Source of the DNA: Chrysomallon squamiferum
Lineage: Eukaryota > Animalia > Mollusca
Reading direction: 5' to 3'
Length of the DNA: 64,000 nucleotides
Assembly (NCBI GenBank): GCA_012295275.1
Contig: CM022677.1
Span: 3,906,001 to 3,970,000, forward strand
Under the pieces are notes generated by a model, which was not told the origin of the DNA, searched no databases, and saw only the letters and a list, made by a program, of their open reading frames with translations. Both the position numbers and the translations under genes were made by a program. Below are positions 51,893-64,000 of the stretch, piece after piece. Within the stretch, counting starts at the first letter, position 1; each line of letters starts with the position of its first letter.

Positions 51893-54864
51893 TATGACAA
51901 TTTTGACAATGATACACTTTTTTGTTCTTTGGATGAAATATATATAATTTATTTTATCAATTCGTTTATTGCACAAAACATTCACCATAATAGGAAGAAA
52001 AAATAATAATAACAATTAAAAAACAAATTGTTGAAAACAATTTTTAATCTGTTTGTTAATACTGTCAAATGACATTTCAACAATAAAAAAGAAAAATCAT
52101 ATTTTGTAGATTAGACAAAATGTATTTGTATCAACTGAAACACACTTAAAATAGAAATAAATAATTTGTTTTCTATTTGTACACCTCAACAGAATATATA
52201 TAAAATATATTTGAGCTTTTTTCTCAATAGAGGTAATTCTTCTGTTTCTGTCAATACAAGAACATTTTAATTAGATAGTATATAAAATATATTTTAATTT
52301 GAAAGTACATGAAGTATTTTTTAATTAGAAAGTATACAAAATATAATTTAATTAGAAACAATATAAAATGTATTTTAATTAGAAACTATATAAAATAAAT
52401 TCTTTGTGTGTCTATCAACATAATAACATTTCAACTAGAAAGTACATTAAATATATTTTGCCTGCTTTTATCCCCATATTACACTTGAACTAAAAAGTAT
52501 ATAAAATGTATTTTGGCTATTTGAATATACAGATACATTAACAAACTACATTTTAAAGTGTTACTAACTTTTGTCGCAGTTAACACCTTCGTAGTCAGCT
52601 GTACAGTTACAGATGTATTTTCCTGAACCTTTGGGTTCAGCATTTATACAGGTTCCGTTTACACATGGACTACTGGCACATTGATTAATATCTGTGAATA
52701 CATGAATAAATGAATGAATGAAAGAATAAAACAAATAAAGAAAGGAATAAACAAAGGAATAAAGTAACGAATGAATGAATGTGATAAAGGAAGAAAGGAA
52801 GAAACGAATACAACGAAGGAAGGAAGAAATGATTAAAGGAATTAATATTTTACTGAATAAAAAATTAAATGAACAAATAAATAATTAAATAAATAAAATA
52901 ACAAATGGTAAGAAATAAATATCTGGCAAACATAATGAATAAATAAAAAAACAAATAAATATTTGGTTACAGTAATGAAAAATAAATAAATGGTAAGCAA
53001 ACTGATAACATATTTAAAAACATTTGCAAAAATGAATAAATGAATAACTAAATGGAAAATAAATAAATTATCTTGGTAAATTAACAGGATATATAAATTG
53101 ACATATACACACACACACACTCGTGTGTATTTTTTTCATTCATTGTCTTAGTTTTTAATTTGTATTTAACTGTAAGTATGTCCTCTAAATAAAGCCTGTG
53201 TTTCTGTTAAACATTTTAAAAGATTTCAGTTCATGAAAACGAATGGTAAATCAGAGAAAACTGGCTACAGCTGCTTACTGTATTTAGTCAAATAATAATA
53301 ATCTAGCCAGGTATTAACTCTCATCTGCAAACCATACCCTGCATAGCTGGGTATAGCTACTGTACAATGCAAACGAAAAAGCTGTTCAATAAAACTATTT
53401 TAACATCTGGTGAAAACATAAATAAAATGAAAGCTATTAAGAACACAAGCTTTTTATTATATAAACAATTATTATTTTTTTTTAAATTAAATGTTTTTAA
53501 ATGTTTATTTATTTATTTAGAAAACTAGTTTTGTTAATTATTATTATTATTATTAATTTGTTATTGATTTTCGTGTGGTTTGTTGTGGGTTTTTTGTGAG
53601 GTATTATCTTCTTTTTTATCATAAAATAATTACATTACCCATTGAACAATTTTTTTTGTTGTTCAATAATATAAAAAAATAAACATGTTATGAAAAACAG
53701 TAATTCAATAAAAGCATGTTATTTAATAAATGATTTTGAAAAATAAATAAATATATAAAATAAAATAAAATAAAATGCCTTAAAAAAAAACTTACTTTCA
53801 GAACAATTCCTTCCTTTCCAGCCAGGGAAACATGTGGTTAAGATCATAGGGGAGTGAAACCCAATGCCATAAAAAACATGGGCTATTTTTTCTTTGGTCA
53901 ACAGCAAAAAGATATGTTATATGTACCTTCACATATACAGGAAAAGAAACAGCACAGTGAATCACTGGCTAGAATGGGAAAAATCTCTTGATAGAGTACT
54001 GATTTACCTCAACTCAGAAAATTTTACAGATTGATAAAAAAAAATTGGTAAGTTTAATTAGAAGTTACATATTAATTTATAAAACGAAGCTAAATAAGAG
54101 AAGACAAAAAAGAGATAATAATATCAATAACATAGTGTTTTATAAACAGACAGCTATGTGTGTGTTATGAAGTAGTAGTGAGATGTACTCACCTCAATGT
54201 AGGCTATGGACAGTGTTCTGCAGTAGTAGGCCTGGCTGTCATTGCGTGCTGTGAATGGATCTTTACCAGCGACTGTCTGTTCTTGAAGTCTCTGTGCACT
54301 TTCCACCAACAGATAACAAACCAGCCACTTGTAAGCATCCAGTATCACTACAAAATAATGTTAACCTGTAGTTGTATTTTTAACACGACATGGAAGATAT
54401 ATATATTCACGAAACATCATTCAATTCTAAAAAAGTTCCTTTTAACCATCTTCTCTGAAACAAAAGCAGTGCCACTGGTATTACTTTGCATGTTGTAACC
54501 AGACTAGTGAAAGAGATTTAAACATATACTTGATCAAATATTTTACTATCTGTCTAAGTTTTAATAAATGATTTCTAACCTGATGGTTTCAGACAGTCAG
54601 ACATCATTTTACAGGTAAACTTGGACTGCAGAATCTGGTCTAAGTTACCCAGAAAGTAAACACTGTTTAGAGGTGTTTCTAAAGGCTGTCCTGAATATTA
54701 AGAAATAAATAAACATAATTATATCAATCTATCAGGAAAAAATACAGATTAAAACAGTGGCATGAGAATTCAGTATTTCATTCCAAAACATTCTTATAAA
54801 AAAAGAAAAAAAAAATTATTATGTGTGATGCATTGATTTGTGTACAAACATGTTTAAATTGAAA

Positions 54865-55100
54865 CTACAGCATAAGCTACTCTTAATTAAACCGCAGCAA
54901 GGAATCTTTTACACAGATTCTTCAACAGTAAGAAAGGAATAAATGTTTTATTTACTAAGGCTTTTAACACATTCTTAATCTTAGGTTTCTGTATAAATCA
55001 TTATACACATAATTCAGGTCCATACAGATAATGAGAGAGAAAACATGATGAAACCACCCAGCAAGCTACTCTTTTTTTACCACCAGCCAAATATCATTTT
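54865..55100. mobile_element. Decayed short interspersed repeat in an ACOX3 intron
   Basis: AAGCTACTCTT occurs twice, with GCAGCAAGGAATCTTTTA and AAATGTTTTATTTA. It resembles, from memory and unverified, an abundant gastropod repeat family. Confidence 0.35.
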
Positions 55101-56940
55101 GCTATATTTAAAAAAACACATGTGATGATCTCTGAGAAGCATTCTAAAGAAGACTAGCCAATTGACTAATCAACATTTAGGTGAGACTTCAACCATTAAC
55201 TGAGTATTTGTGTATTTAATTTACAATACAGTAAATACTACAAACCTTTTTTCAGTTTAGCCTCATCCAGCATGCCTAACAGATAGTTGCTGGTCTGTTG
55301 TAGTATGACGTTGTTGTCACCCTCGTACGTCAAGTTAGGATCATTGTCATTTCTCAAATCACCCAGTCGGCTAACTGCACAAAATAAAACATAAAGTAAA
55401 AATACAAATACTTACTGAAGGAACAAAATAAATGTAAACAATACTATGAAATGGTAAGTTATAAAATAAAAATTAAAAATCATACTGTTTACGCTGGGGT
55501 TTTTTCATAACAGAGAGAGATATACACCCTAAAGAAATTTACTTAATTTGGAATTTATTAATTAAAAATTAAAAAATCAGATTGAAAGTTAATAGTGACC
55601 TTTTAAGTACCCATGACCACCGCAAGCCTCTCTGCATTCCTGAATTCCATCTCTCGCTAGCCAGCCAGAGACAGGTTTACTAGCACACGACAAAGCATGG
55701 ATCTCACGCCCCAGTTCCGCCTGATAAAACAAGTTAGCGAACTGTAACGTTACTTGTTAGTGTACTTAATAATAAAAATAATTATTAATTGTTTAAAATA
55801 TTATTTAACCTTCCTTGTAGTAAATTTTGTCATGCTGCAACTTGCAGATTCTTTTATTCAGAATAATACCTCACATTAAGATCATGATAAAATTTAAATC
55901 TTTCTCTACAATATCTTTATATGTTTAATGAAAAATGTGTTCATACTCTTAATATTCTTACTGTTATTATTCTTGACTGAAATATTTCACAGCAACCAAC
56001 TACAGTTACCCTTTAACCCACAAATACTGAACTTACATCTATATTTAATGTTTATAAAAGAAGAAATGAAGTTCATGTAGTTTGGTTTTACTTTTTGATG
56101 TCATGTTTACATGCAGGTATTAGTGTGTAAGTTTATGTACACATCAAAATCAAAAAGTTTAATCATCTGACCTGTCTGTCACTTGTGTCTCCAATCATCA
56201 TCCCAATTCTTAAAGAAACATAGTCTAAGAAGAACGTGTGTGTGTAGTGTAATATCCCATATGTCGCTGCCAAGTAGGGAAGAATACGCCATTGCTAAAA
56301 CAAACAAAAAAAGAAAAAAAAAGAGAAGAAAGATAACATTCAAAATGTAGTGATGAAAGTGAGTGAAAAAATAAATAAAGAAAAGTATTTTTCTTATTTC
56401 TGTCAATGTAACTATATAGTCTGGTTAATGATTATCTAACTAATACAACTACTCCTTAAAGAAGATGACTAGCAAAAGTAGCCTAAAGTTTATCCCAGAT
56501 TAACAGAAATTATTTTTATTTTTATACTGAACATACAGCTTTTTCTGGCTTTTTTTCTTTGTAAACCTGTTTCTAATTCTTTATATAAATGAAAAACTTT
56601 AACAAAATTTTTTACAATAGTGGTACTTTAACCACTTAATAATTTAACATCATTAGTTTTCTTATCACCAAGAGTTATGTATCCAGATACAACCTATCAT
56701 TAATCATAAACTGTTACAGATATTTTACAGTGGTGTATATCTATACCTGTAGCTGGTACTCCAGGATTGGAATTTCTTTGTCTGCTGGTCCAAACTGCTG
56801 CTGTACAGCTGAGTAGTGGACAGCAATAACCAGAGCGACTGACAGGTTGATGTTACAGTTCCCTGTGATACCCACTCGTCCTGCAGACAGTGCTCCCAGC
56901 GAGGCTCCGAACCTCTTCTTAGCATCCTGAAATATTAAAC

Positions 56941-57255
56941 AAATAAACATTTAACTGTTAGAATAATACATAAACATTTAACTGTTAGAATAATAAATAA
57001 ATATTTAACTATTAGAATAATAATTAAACATTTAACTATGAGAATAATAAATAAAATTTAACTGTTAAAATAATATATACATATTTAACTATTAGAATAA
57101 TAAATAAATATTTAATTATTAGAATAATAAATAAAATTTAACTGTTAGAATAATATATACATATTTAACTATTAGAATAATAAATAAATATTTAACTATT
57201 AGAATAATAAATAAATAACTGACTGTCTGAATAATAAATATTTAACTAGTAGAAT
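56941..57255. repeat. ~27-bp AT-rich tandem repeat abutting an ACOX3 acceptor
   Basis: ATTTAACT(G/A)TTAGAATAATAAATAAA, ~11 copies. Confidence 0.88.
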
Positions 57256-59250
57256 GCTGGAGGTAGGTAATCTTACTCAAACTGACACAAGGCATACAAT
57301 ATACACTGTCTCCACAAATTTATATACAATGCCAATATCTGAATAACATTAGCCTGAAGTAATAAATAAAAAATATTAATGTTCTAACCTAAAATGGCCA
57401 CTATACTTTTTTCCTTTTTTTTGCAAAACTATCTGGCAACCTTGACATGTAAAAGTGTTTTTTCACAATGAGGTTTTACTTCAAAACAGTGGCAGAATGT
57501 ACAATTTATTAATAAACAGAAACTTTGTAGTAACATTTAATCTGATAATTTAGAAATAGATATAAATTTGGAACAGCATTTAGAATTTATACTTCTACAT
57601 TTGTAGAACGGAATATATTTCAAGACTGGTAGGAATGTTCATGTATGAAAATAAATAAGTTTTACCTTCACTGGTGTCACATACTGACCATCAGGTGTAA
57701 CATCTCCAAATTTGTCTAACAAGTTCTCTCTGGGAATTCTGTACTGGTTCAAAGCTAGAAAACTGAAATTTAAAAAAAAAGAGAGAAAAATAAAGAATAA
57801 TATTCAAAGCAAAATTTAATAGCTTGGTGTGAGAAAAAATCTAAATATTGGTATTTAGTTTCCATTCTGACCCATATCTCTAAAACTGACATATCGAAGA
57901 TCATGAATGTACTTTAGGTGAGAAAGTGAATAAAAACATCCGTACAGTTAACTTGCTAAACTATCCCATATCAAAAAAAAAAATGTAAGTCTCACAGATA
58001 AATCTTTCTTTATTAAAACAATTCAGACAAAACACATCTATATTAAAGTTATTTTAAAGGTATTTTTATCCATTCATACCCGTTGTCAAGACCATTCAGT
58101 CCTATTTTCTCACCCATGTCGCCTACAGTGACACCTGGTGGTAGAGTGTTTTTGGATCTTGTACAGGGACTACAAACATGTGCAGTCCGTGACAAACTTT
58201 GTCTGGTGTGTACAGCTGAGCATACACCAAGGCATGCGTAGCCGACTTTCCTAAATTCCCAATCCACATTTTTATTGCCTCGAAGTCTGGTGTGTTCAAA
58301 ACAAATTCCTAAAAAAAAAAAAAAAAAAAAAAATTAATTTGTGCAAATTTAAAAAAGTCAAAAAAAAATGAAGACAGAACATTTATAATAAATGTAATTA
58401 TGAACCTAGAATATTTATTAACAACAAATTCTGAAAATAAACTGTAATTGAATGTATTTTGATAATAAATAATAAATCAAATTACAAACACAAAATTTCA
58501 ATGAATTCTAAAAATAAAGATCTTTTTGTAATAAAGTAATATTACTGCAAAAAAATTTTTTTTAAATAATTTAGGAGAAAAAAAATAGAACTTTTGGTAT
58601 TAAAGTTAAAATATACCATGTAATAAAATCTTATTTTTCCCAATACATCTTTAATTTTACAAGTGTAATTTTAATCCGATATATTTTGTGAATGTTTTAT
58701 TCATTTTCATATTTAGAAAAGATGCAAGATACCTTTGTGACTGGGTCGTAGACAGCTGTTGTTCTCACAGCTTTTGTGTTACTGCCATGACTGAACTCAG
58801 TCAACGCAAAACACCCGTAATGCTGTAAAACAGAAATATTTCCTCTGTGTGATTTTATTATGAATAAAACTAAAAAAATTATCACTTCCAAAGCAGAAAC
58901 ATAACATTATCAATTTTTAACAAAAATTAGAATACAACTGAATAATATTTTGCTATAATAAATGGGATTTGCTATTAACTTTTTTCAAGTATTTGTGTTT
59001 GTATAAATGTATATCAGCCCTCTATAATGAAAATATTTGCATTTAAATATCTTCACAAAGTATATAAAATTTTAAATGCATTAAAATACTCTTCCAAAAT
59101 CATTTTACAAGTGCTTTGAATATTTTGTCACTGACATAATTTGCTTCAGACCCATAGAGGAACAGTATTTATATATTTATATATTTAAATACATTTACAG
59201 ATCAATATATCTGTATTTAAATACATTTCAATGTATTTGACTTTATATTT

Positions 59251-59311
<61 letters not shown>

Positions 59312-60559
59312 TATCCATCCTACCTCAAAACTTTTGATTTTTTCTAAAAGTTCCTCATGTCTGGCTGATCCCATAGATTGAATTGTACCTGCATACAACT
59401 GTGGTGACAGAAAATAAAATATAAATTTAAAAAGTCAAAGGGAGATAAACCTTCAGAAATTCAGTTTTCCACTTATTTAATTTATTAAATTTAACTATTA
59501 CGACTTTATAAATTTATTATTCATACAAATAATTTGCATAAAATAAAATAAATCATATTTTACTGTAAGAATTTTACACAATTACTACAGTATTCACCGA
59601 TTCAAATATTGGTAAAAGATAAATGTATGGATATAACATATACATACAAATAAAAAAACAATTCTACAAGGAACATTTTTAAAATTATAATTGGGTTACA
59701 GACTTATAAAATGTTCTGACCACTTTCATTATTTTTAGGTATATTTTTATTTTGTCAATTATGCCATTAGACGAAATTAAAATATATCCAAGACTAATGA
59801 AAGTCAACTTTTATTTCATTATAAAAAAAAAGATGATAATAATATTTTACTATGAGATACAACAATAAATTTAAAAAACATGTCTACCTGTCTGTTCAGC
59901 TGTATTTTGGTGGTCAGTGTTGGATCAAACATGTTGATTGTTTCAAAATGAATCTCATGTTTCAGTGGGTTGGCAAATGCCTCTTCATCTGGTAAAAAGT
60001 TATATTTCTCTATGGCTCTACTTCTCTTAAAAGCAAGTTCACGTTTTTCTTCAAGCGACAGTGTATCAAAATCACGAGAAAACAATGGGTCTTTTTCCAG
60101 TGTACTCAATATTTTGTTCTGAAATTTAATGTCATAATTATTATTAAAATTGATTAATTTATTATTATGCTTAATTATTTGTAATTATTGTTATTGTTGT
60201 TGTATATGTAGTGTAATTTTCTTTTCACTTATTTAATTTCAATGTTTCTGTTATTTCATGTTAATCACTTAATGATTAAATAAAATTACATTTTCAGGAA
60301 AACGTTTTTCAAATAATGATAATAAATTAAATTTATTAAATAAGTAATTTTATTTATTTATTTATTTTCATATTTCATATTTACTTATTTATTTATTAGT
60401 ATTAATTTTTTAAACCTGAAACTGTAAAAGATCTTCTCCTGCTAAATGAAGTTTCATTAATTTCCAATCGAAAGACGATTTCTTTCTGTAAACATCGAGT
60501 GGTTCTGGAGAAAGGTCTTTAATTAAACGATTAACGTGAGATGTGTCATTCGCAGACAT

Positions 60560-61021
60560 TGTCTTCGTGATTTTTTCAGTAATGAGAGAGCTTATGCAAA
60601 TTAATAAACAGGAACCTCTCTACAAGATTTGGTCAAGGTACAGAGGGCAGACCCGGCTCTTTCGACTTGATAAAGCCAATCACATGTTCGAAATGTTGAT
60701 CAACTTAGTATCCATGCATTGGTATTAGGGGTAAATTTTTAGTGTGCTTTTTAAAAACATTATCTTATTACTTAAACAATTCTTTTAAAATTAATCATTA
60801 ACGAATCACTATAGTTTCCATGTTACATGATTTAAAAAAAATGTGTTACACAATATTTATAGTATATTCTCAATGGGAACTATTTCTTATGTTTATTCTT
60901 CCGTTTTGGTGTTGAGAGGTTTTGACAACACTGCTATTTTAGCACATGTTGCAGACGGATTTTTGGAAATTATTTTTGACAACAGAACAGCACGTTTTTT
61001 TCAGGTTTGATTTTATTGACA
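60560..61021. promoter_or_regulatory. Probable bidirectional promoter/5'UTR region between the ACOX3 and AACS start codons
   Basis: 462 bp between divergent ATGs; locally more CpG. ATGCAAAT at 60594, AGCCAATCA at 60675, nuclear-receptor-like half sites ~60631-60650. A polypyrimidine-CAG at ~61005 suggests an AACS 5'UTR intron. Confidence 0.6.
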
Positions 61022-63114
61022 ATGGATGCTGCACTCGATGACAACCCACGTGTGATGTGGGAACCGAACAAAAACAGACGTACAAAAATGGATAGACTAA
61101 AAGAAAGAATAAACGAGCAGTTTGGTGTGAAATTGGGTAAGACCACTTTCTGTCAATGTGTCATTTTCACAAGTTTCAGTTTAACTTTCAGCTTGTTTAT
61201 TATAAATTGACAGCTGTCACAACTTTAAGCAGCGTATGTGAGAGATGTAGGAAATATAAAATAAAATAAATAAATAAAAATAAAACATAAAATAAAATTA
61301 AAAAAATTAAAATCATATTGAATGCTTATTTTCAAGACAGAGCGATGAACTCCATAGAAGTTTACGTAATTCTGAATGTTATGTTCTAAATATATCTTAA
61401 TAATGTATTTCTTAATATATGAAATATAATTTACTATGTTCAGTAAATATAAAATGAAATCAAAACTTATACATTTGTTTATTCAGTTGTATGGGATAAA
61501 GATGGTATTTGTATATAAGTATGAATATATATTATGTCACCAATCCTCAGTTAAACTTCCTTTTTGAAATCTTGAAAACAACCAGGTAATGTCACTACTT
61601 ACATCATTCTTGTGTGTTTTAAATACTGAATAAAAAATTGACAAGAACATAATAATTTCAGAAATATGGCCATGCTAAATTACAGCTAAGGTGAGCAAGT
61701 TGTATAGGTTGGAGAAACATTTGTGAAAGTTTTGGGACATACATGTCAGTTGAAGAAGAAAATAATAATAACAGTAATAAGAATCTTTTGAGATAAAGAA
61801 TTATATAACATATTTTGAATACATAAAGTGGCATAAGGGCTTATCTAAAAACAATGTACAATTATGTAATATATTGTAAAATATTTTATTCATTTAATAT
61901 TTAATACTTTTCAGTTATTAAGAGTTAAAATATTCCTTTGATTTCAGAAACATATCAACAGTTCCATCGATGGTCATGTGATCACTATGCAGATTTTTGG
62001 GAGCAGACATGGAAATTCACAAAAATTGTCCATTCTAAGACATATGATGAAGTGAGTAATTCATTCATTTATACTGCAATATCAACTTCTCATATTCATC
62101 ATTTTCATCCCTTTACAGAACATCTGGTATTTTTCCATTCCAATAAAAACCAATGGTCACGTCTGGTCAAAACCAATTTTTGTTAATAAAATTCTATAAC
62201 AAAAAACCCTTTCTACTTATAATTTTGTGTCTCACACATTTTCTCAAAGATGCAACAAATATTTTTGTTTCCTTTTATATATTAATACTTGGTGATTTCT
62301 ATAACCTGCATTCACATAATTCATTCTGTACAAACATATACAATTTTCAGGTGATTGACAAAACCAAAAGTATTGCTGACATACCTGAGTGGTTTCATGG
62401 GGCAAGGCTTAATTTTGCTGAAAATCTTTTACGATACAGAGATGATAGGACAGCTATTTATGCAACAGGTAAAATTTGTATATCTACATACTCTCTTTCC
62501 TTTTTTTAATAAGATATTTATACTAACTTTTATTTTGTCTGAATTTTGAAATTTGTAAAGATTAATCACAATTTACATATAAGAGATCATGTTTATACAA
62601 GCATTAATAAATATTTAATAATTGGTAGTATATATGTGATAATGGATTTACTAATGTTTAACATGGGTTTAAATTTTGTTATACAAAATCTTCAGTTTAA
62701 ATATATCTTAAATTATTTTGTTGCAAAAGTTTTAATTCCAGATGCCCATTTGCTCATATTTCTCATTTTAGTTTCTTGCAATCAACTGTTCAGATATCAA
62801 CTTGTTATTAAACATCAATGATTAAGATTAGTCAGCATCACTTATCAAAATTATGAAAATAAAACATTCCTAATAATCTTCAATAACAAAATGTTCATTC
62901 TTTTGTTTTTCCACACATATATGCACAGTAAGGAAGTTAATAATATTTGTGTGTTTATGAACATTTTAGCAGATAATAATATACCGGTGTTTATTTGTAG
63001 GAGAAGGAAGGTCAGAGATCAAGAAGAAGACTTTCTCCGAGTTGTACAAGTCTGTTGCTAGGTATGCATCAGCCATGAAGAAAATGGGAATTGAGAAGGG
63101 GGACAGAGTTGTAG
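61022..63114 (+). CDS. AACS: Acetoacetyl-CoA synthetase, coding exons 1-4 (presumably continues beyond the window)
   Basis: Exons 61022-61136 ([22 protein letters not shown]), 61948-62051 ([22 protein letters not shown]), 62351-62468 ([22 protein letters not shown]), 63001-63114 ([28 protein letters not shown]). GT-AG, consistent phases, no lesions. Confidence 0.93.
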
Positions 63115-64000
63115 GTAAGTTCTTACACAACTCATTTTTCTTCATTATTGAAACCAGTAGTAAAAGGATCGTTAAACTTGTTTCATCAAGGACTGATCTA
63201 TTTTGTTGAAATATTTTCTCATTTTGCACAACCAGTAAAGTTCTGTATTAAAGGTTTTAGTGAACACTGCATTATTAGTAAGAAATTTTATAGAATTGCT
63301 TATATTTGCCATAAAAAGTAAATCATCTTGTTTTTTCTTGTGATTTTTTTTTTTTTTTTTTTTTTTTTAGTATTATTGAAAGAGACTTTATTTTGCATAA
63401 ACAGTTATCTTAATTTTCATGTACGAACAAAATAAAAACATGATCTGTGTCCCTGATTAATGAGCTGGTTATCCGACATTGAGGACGAAAAAAAAAGTTG
63501 TCTATGGCACAGAATTCTTAAAAGGGACCTATTTCAAACTAGTATAGTTATAAACAAATTTTTTATTATGGATGAATAAATTTACATAATCAAGCAAGAT
63601 GTCAGTGTATTTAGTATGTAAATTAACAATAACAATACAATCACTTGAATTACAAAATTCAATTATTTAGGAAGCTATTCTAGTTTATAATAATTGAAGG
63701 ATCACTTAAACTTTTGCATTAATTATATTTAAATATATTTAATGGATAGTTATATGGTAGCATCTGCTCTTTATACAATGTTATTCTGACAATTGTGAGA
63801 ACATAAATTAAACACCATCTGTGTGTGTTACATGAAAACCTGGCCAAGACTGAAACTAAATCTTCACTGTATTGTTGAAGTAGAAACACAGCCTGTACAT
63901 AATGTGCTTGTCATTTCCAATTAGGCTAATGTTTTTGGCATTTTACACTGTTACATTCATGTCCTTTCCAAAATCCTTTTTGTGAATATGCATGGCAAAC

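Larger units (their letters stand above)
48250..53838 (-). pseudogene. Internal fragment of a multi-EGF/NIDO extracellular protein gene (fibropellin/SNED1/mucin-like architecture)
   Basis: Half exon ~53838-53796 (TCFPGWKGRNCSE/GTAAGT). Phase 1-1 EGF exons 52691-52569 (INQCASSPCVNGTC..), 50410-50297 (IDDCKENPCKNNGSC..), 49344-49231 (DVDECSLNGTCPNGFC..), 48918-48787 (DISECSDPSVC..). Exon 48371-48250 ..GDDKVFGPFYVDSGIPYFSEMFYTFY resembles a NIDO N-terminus. Exons are open, but the gene lacks both ends here. Confidence 0.8.
54193..60559 (-). pseudogene. ACOX3: Peroxisomal acyl-CoA oxidase 3 (pristanoyl-CoA oxidase-like), 12 coding exons, frameshifted and 3'-truncated
   Basis: Exons 60559-60416, 60118-59888, 59398-59324, 58822-58733 ([15 protein letters not shown]), 58308-58080 (frameshift at KTL/PPGV..GLNGLDNG), 57762-57666, 56926-56747 (RFGASLGALSAGRV), 56294-56172, 55720-55600 ([12 protein letters not shown]), 55374-55246 (TYEGDNNV), 54690-54580, 54347-54193. 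All GT-AG with matching phases except the frameshifted exon. C-terminal exons not found. Confidence 0.9.

Noticed and set aside
40920-53838. A functional novel EGF-repeat receptor tyrosine kinase
   Set aside because: Kinase exons have two stops and lack the Gly-rich loop and C-lobe; the NIDO domain is incomplete; there is no signal-peptide exon.

Overview
AT-rich, microsatellite-rich, intron-containing animal genomic DNA. An invertebrate source, plausibly a gastropod mollusc, is an inference only. There are no prokaryotic features, and almost all ORFs in the supplied track are repeat artefacts. Layout: (1) 1-7.55 kb, a ~1.04-kb macrosatellite; (2) 7.8-17.7 kb, a + strand degenerate multi-exon gene with LRR motifs followed by an RRM-like segment, one exon of which is expanded by a 3.2-kb minisatellite; (3) ~20-34 kb, a CpG-retaining repeat/TE zone with two diverged copies of an unclassified element, one carrying a pogo-like remnant with a PHD finger; (4) ~35-60.6 kb, a co-oriented minus-strand patchwork of intron-containing fragments from unrelated genes: 3'-truncated, frameshifted ACOX3 (12 exons), then half an EGF exon, four cbEGF exons and a NIDO-start exon, three EGFR-family kinase exons with stops, and TM/cytoplasmic-tail-like exons; (5) the first four coding exons of AACS on the + strand, head-to-head with ACOX3. 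The most notable signals are the chimeric gene-fragment mosaic downstream of the ACOX3/AACS promoter and the repeated birth of minisatellites inside dead exons and at splice sites. Exon calls were made by eye, and indel noise in the assembly could explain some lesions.
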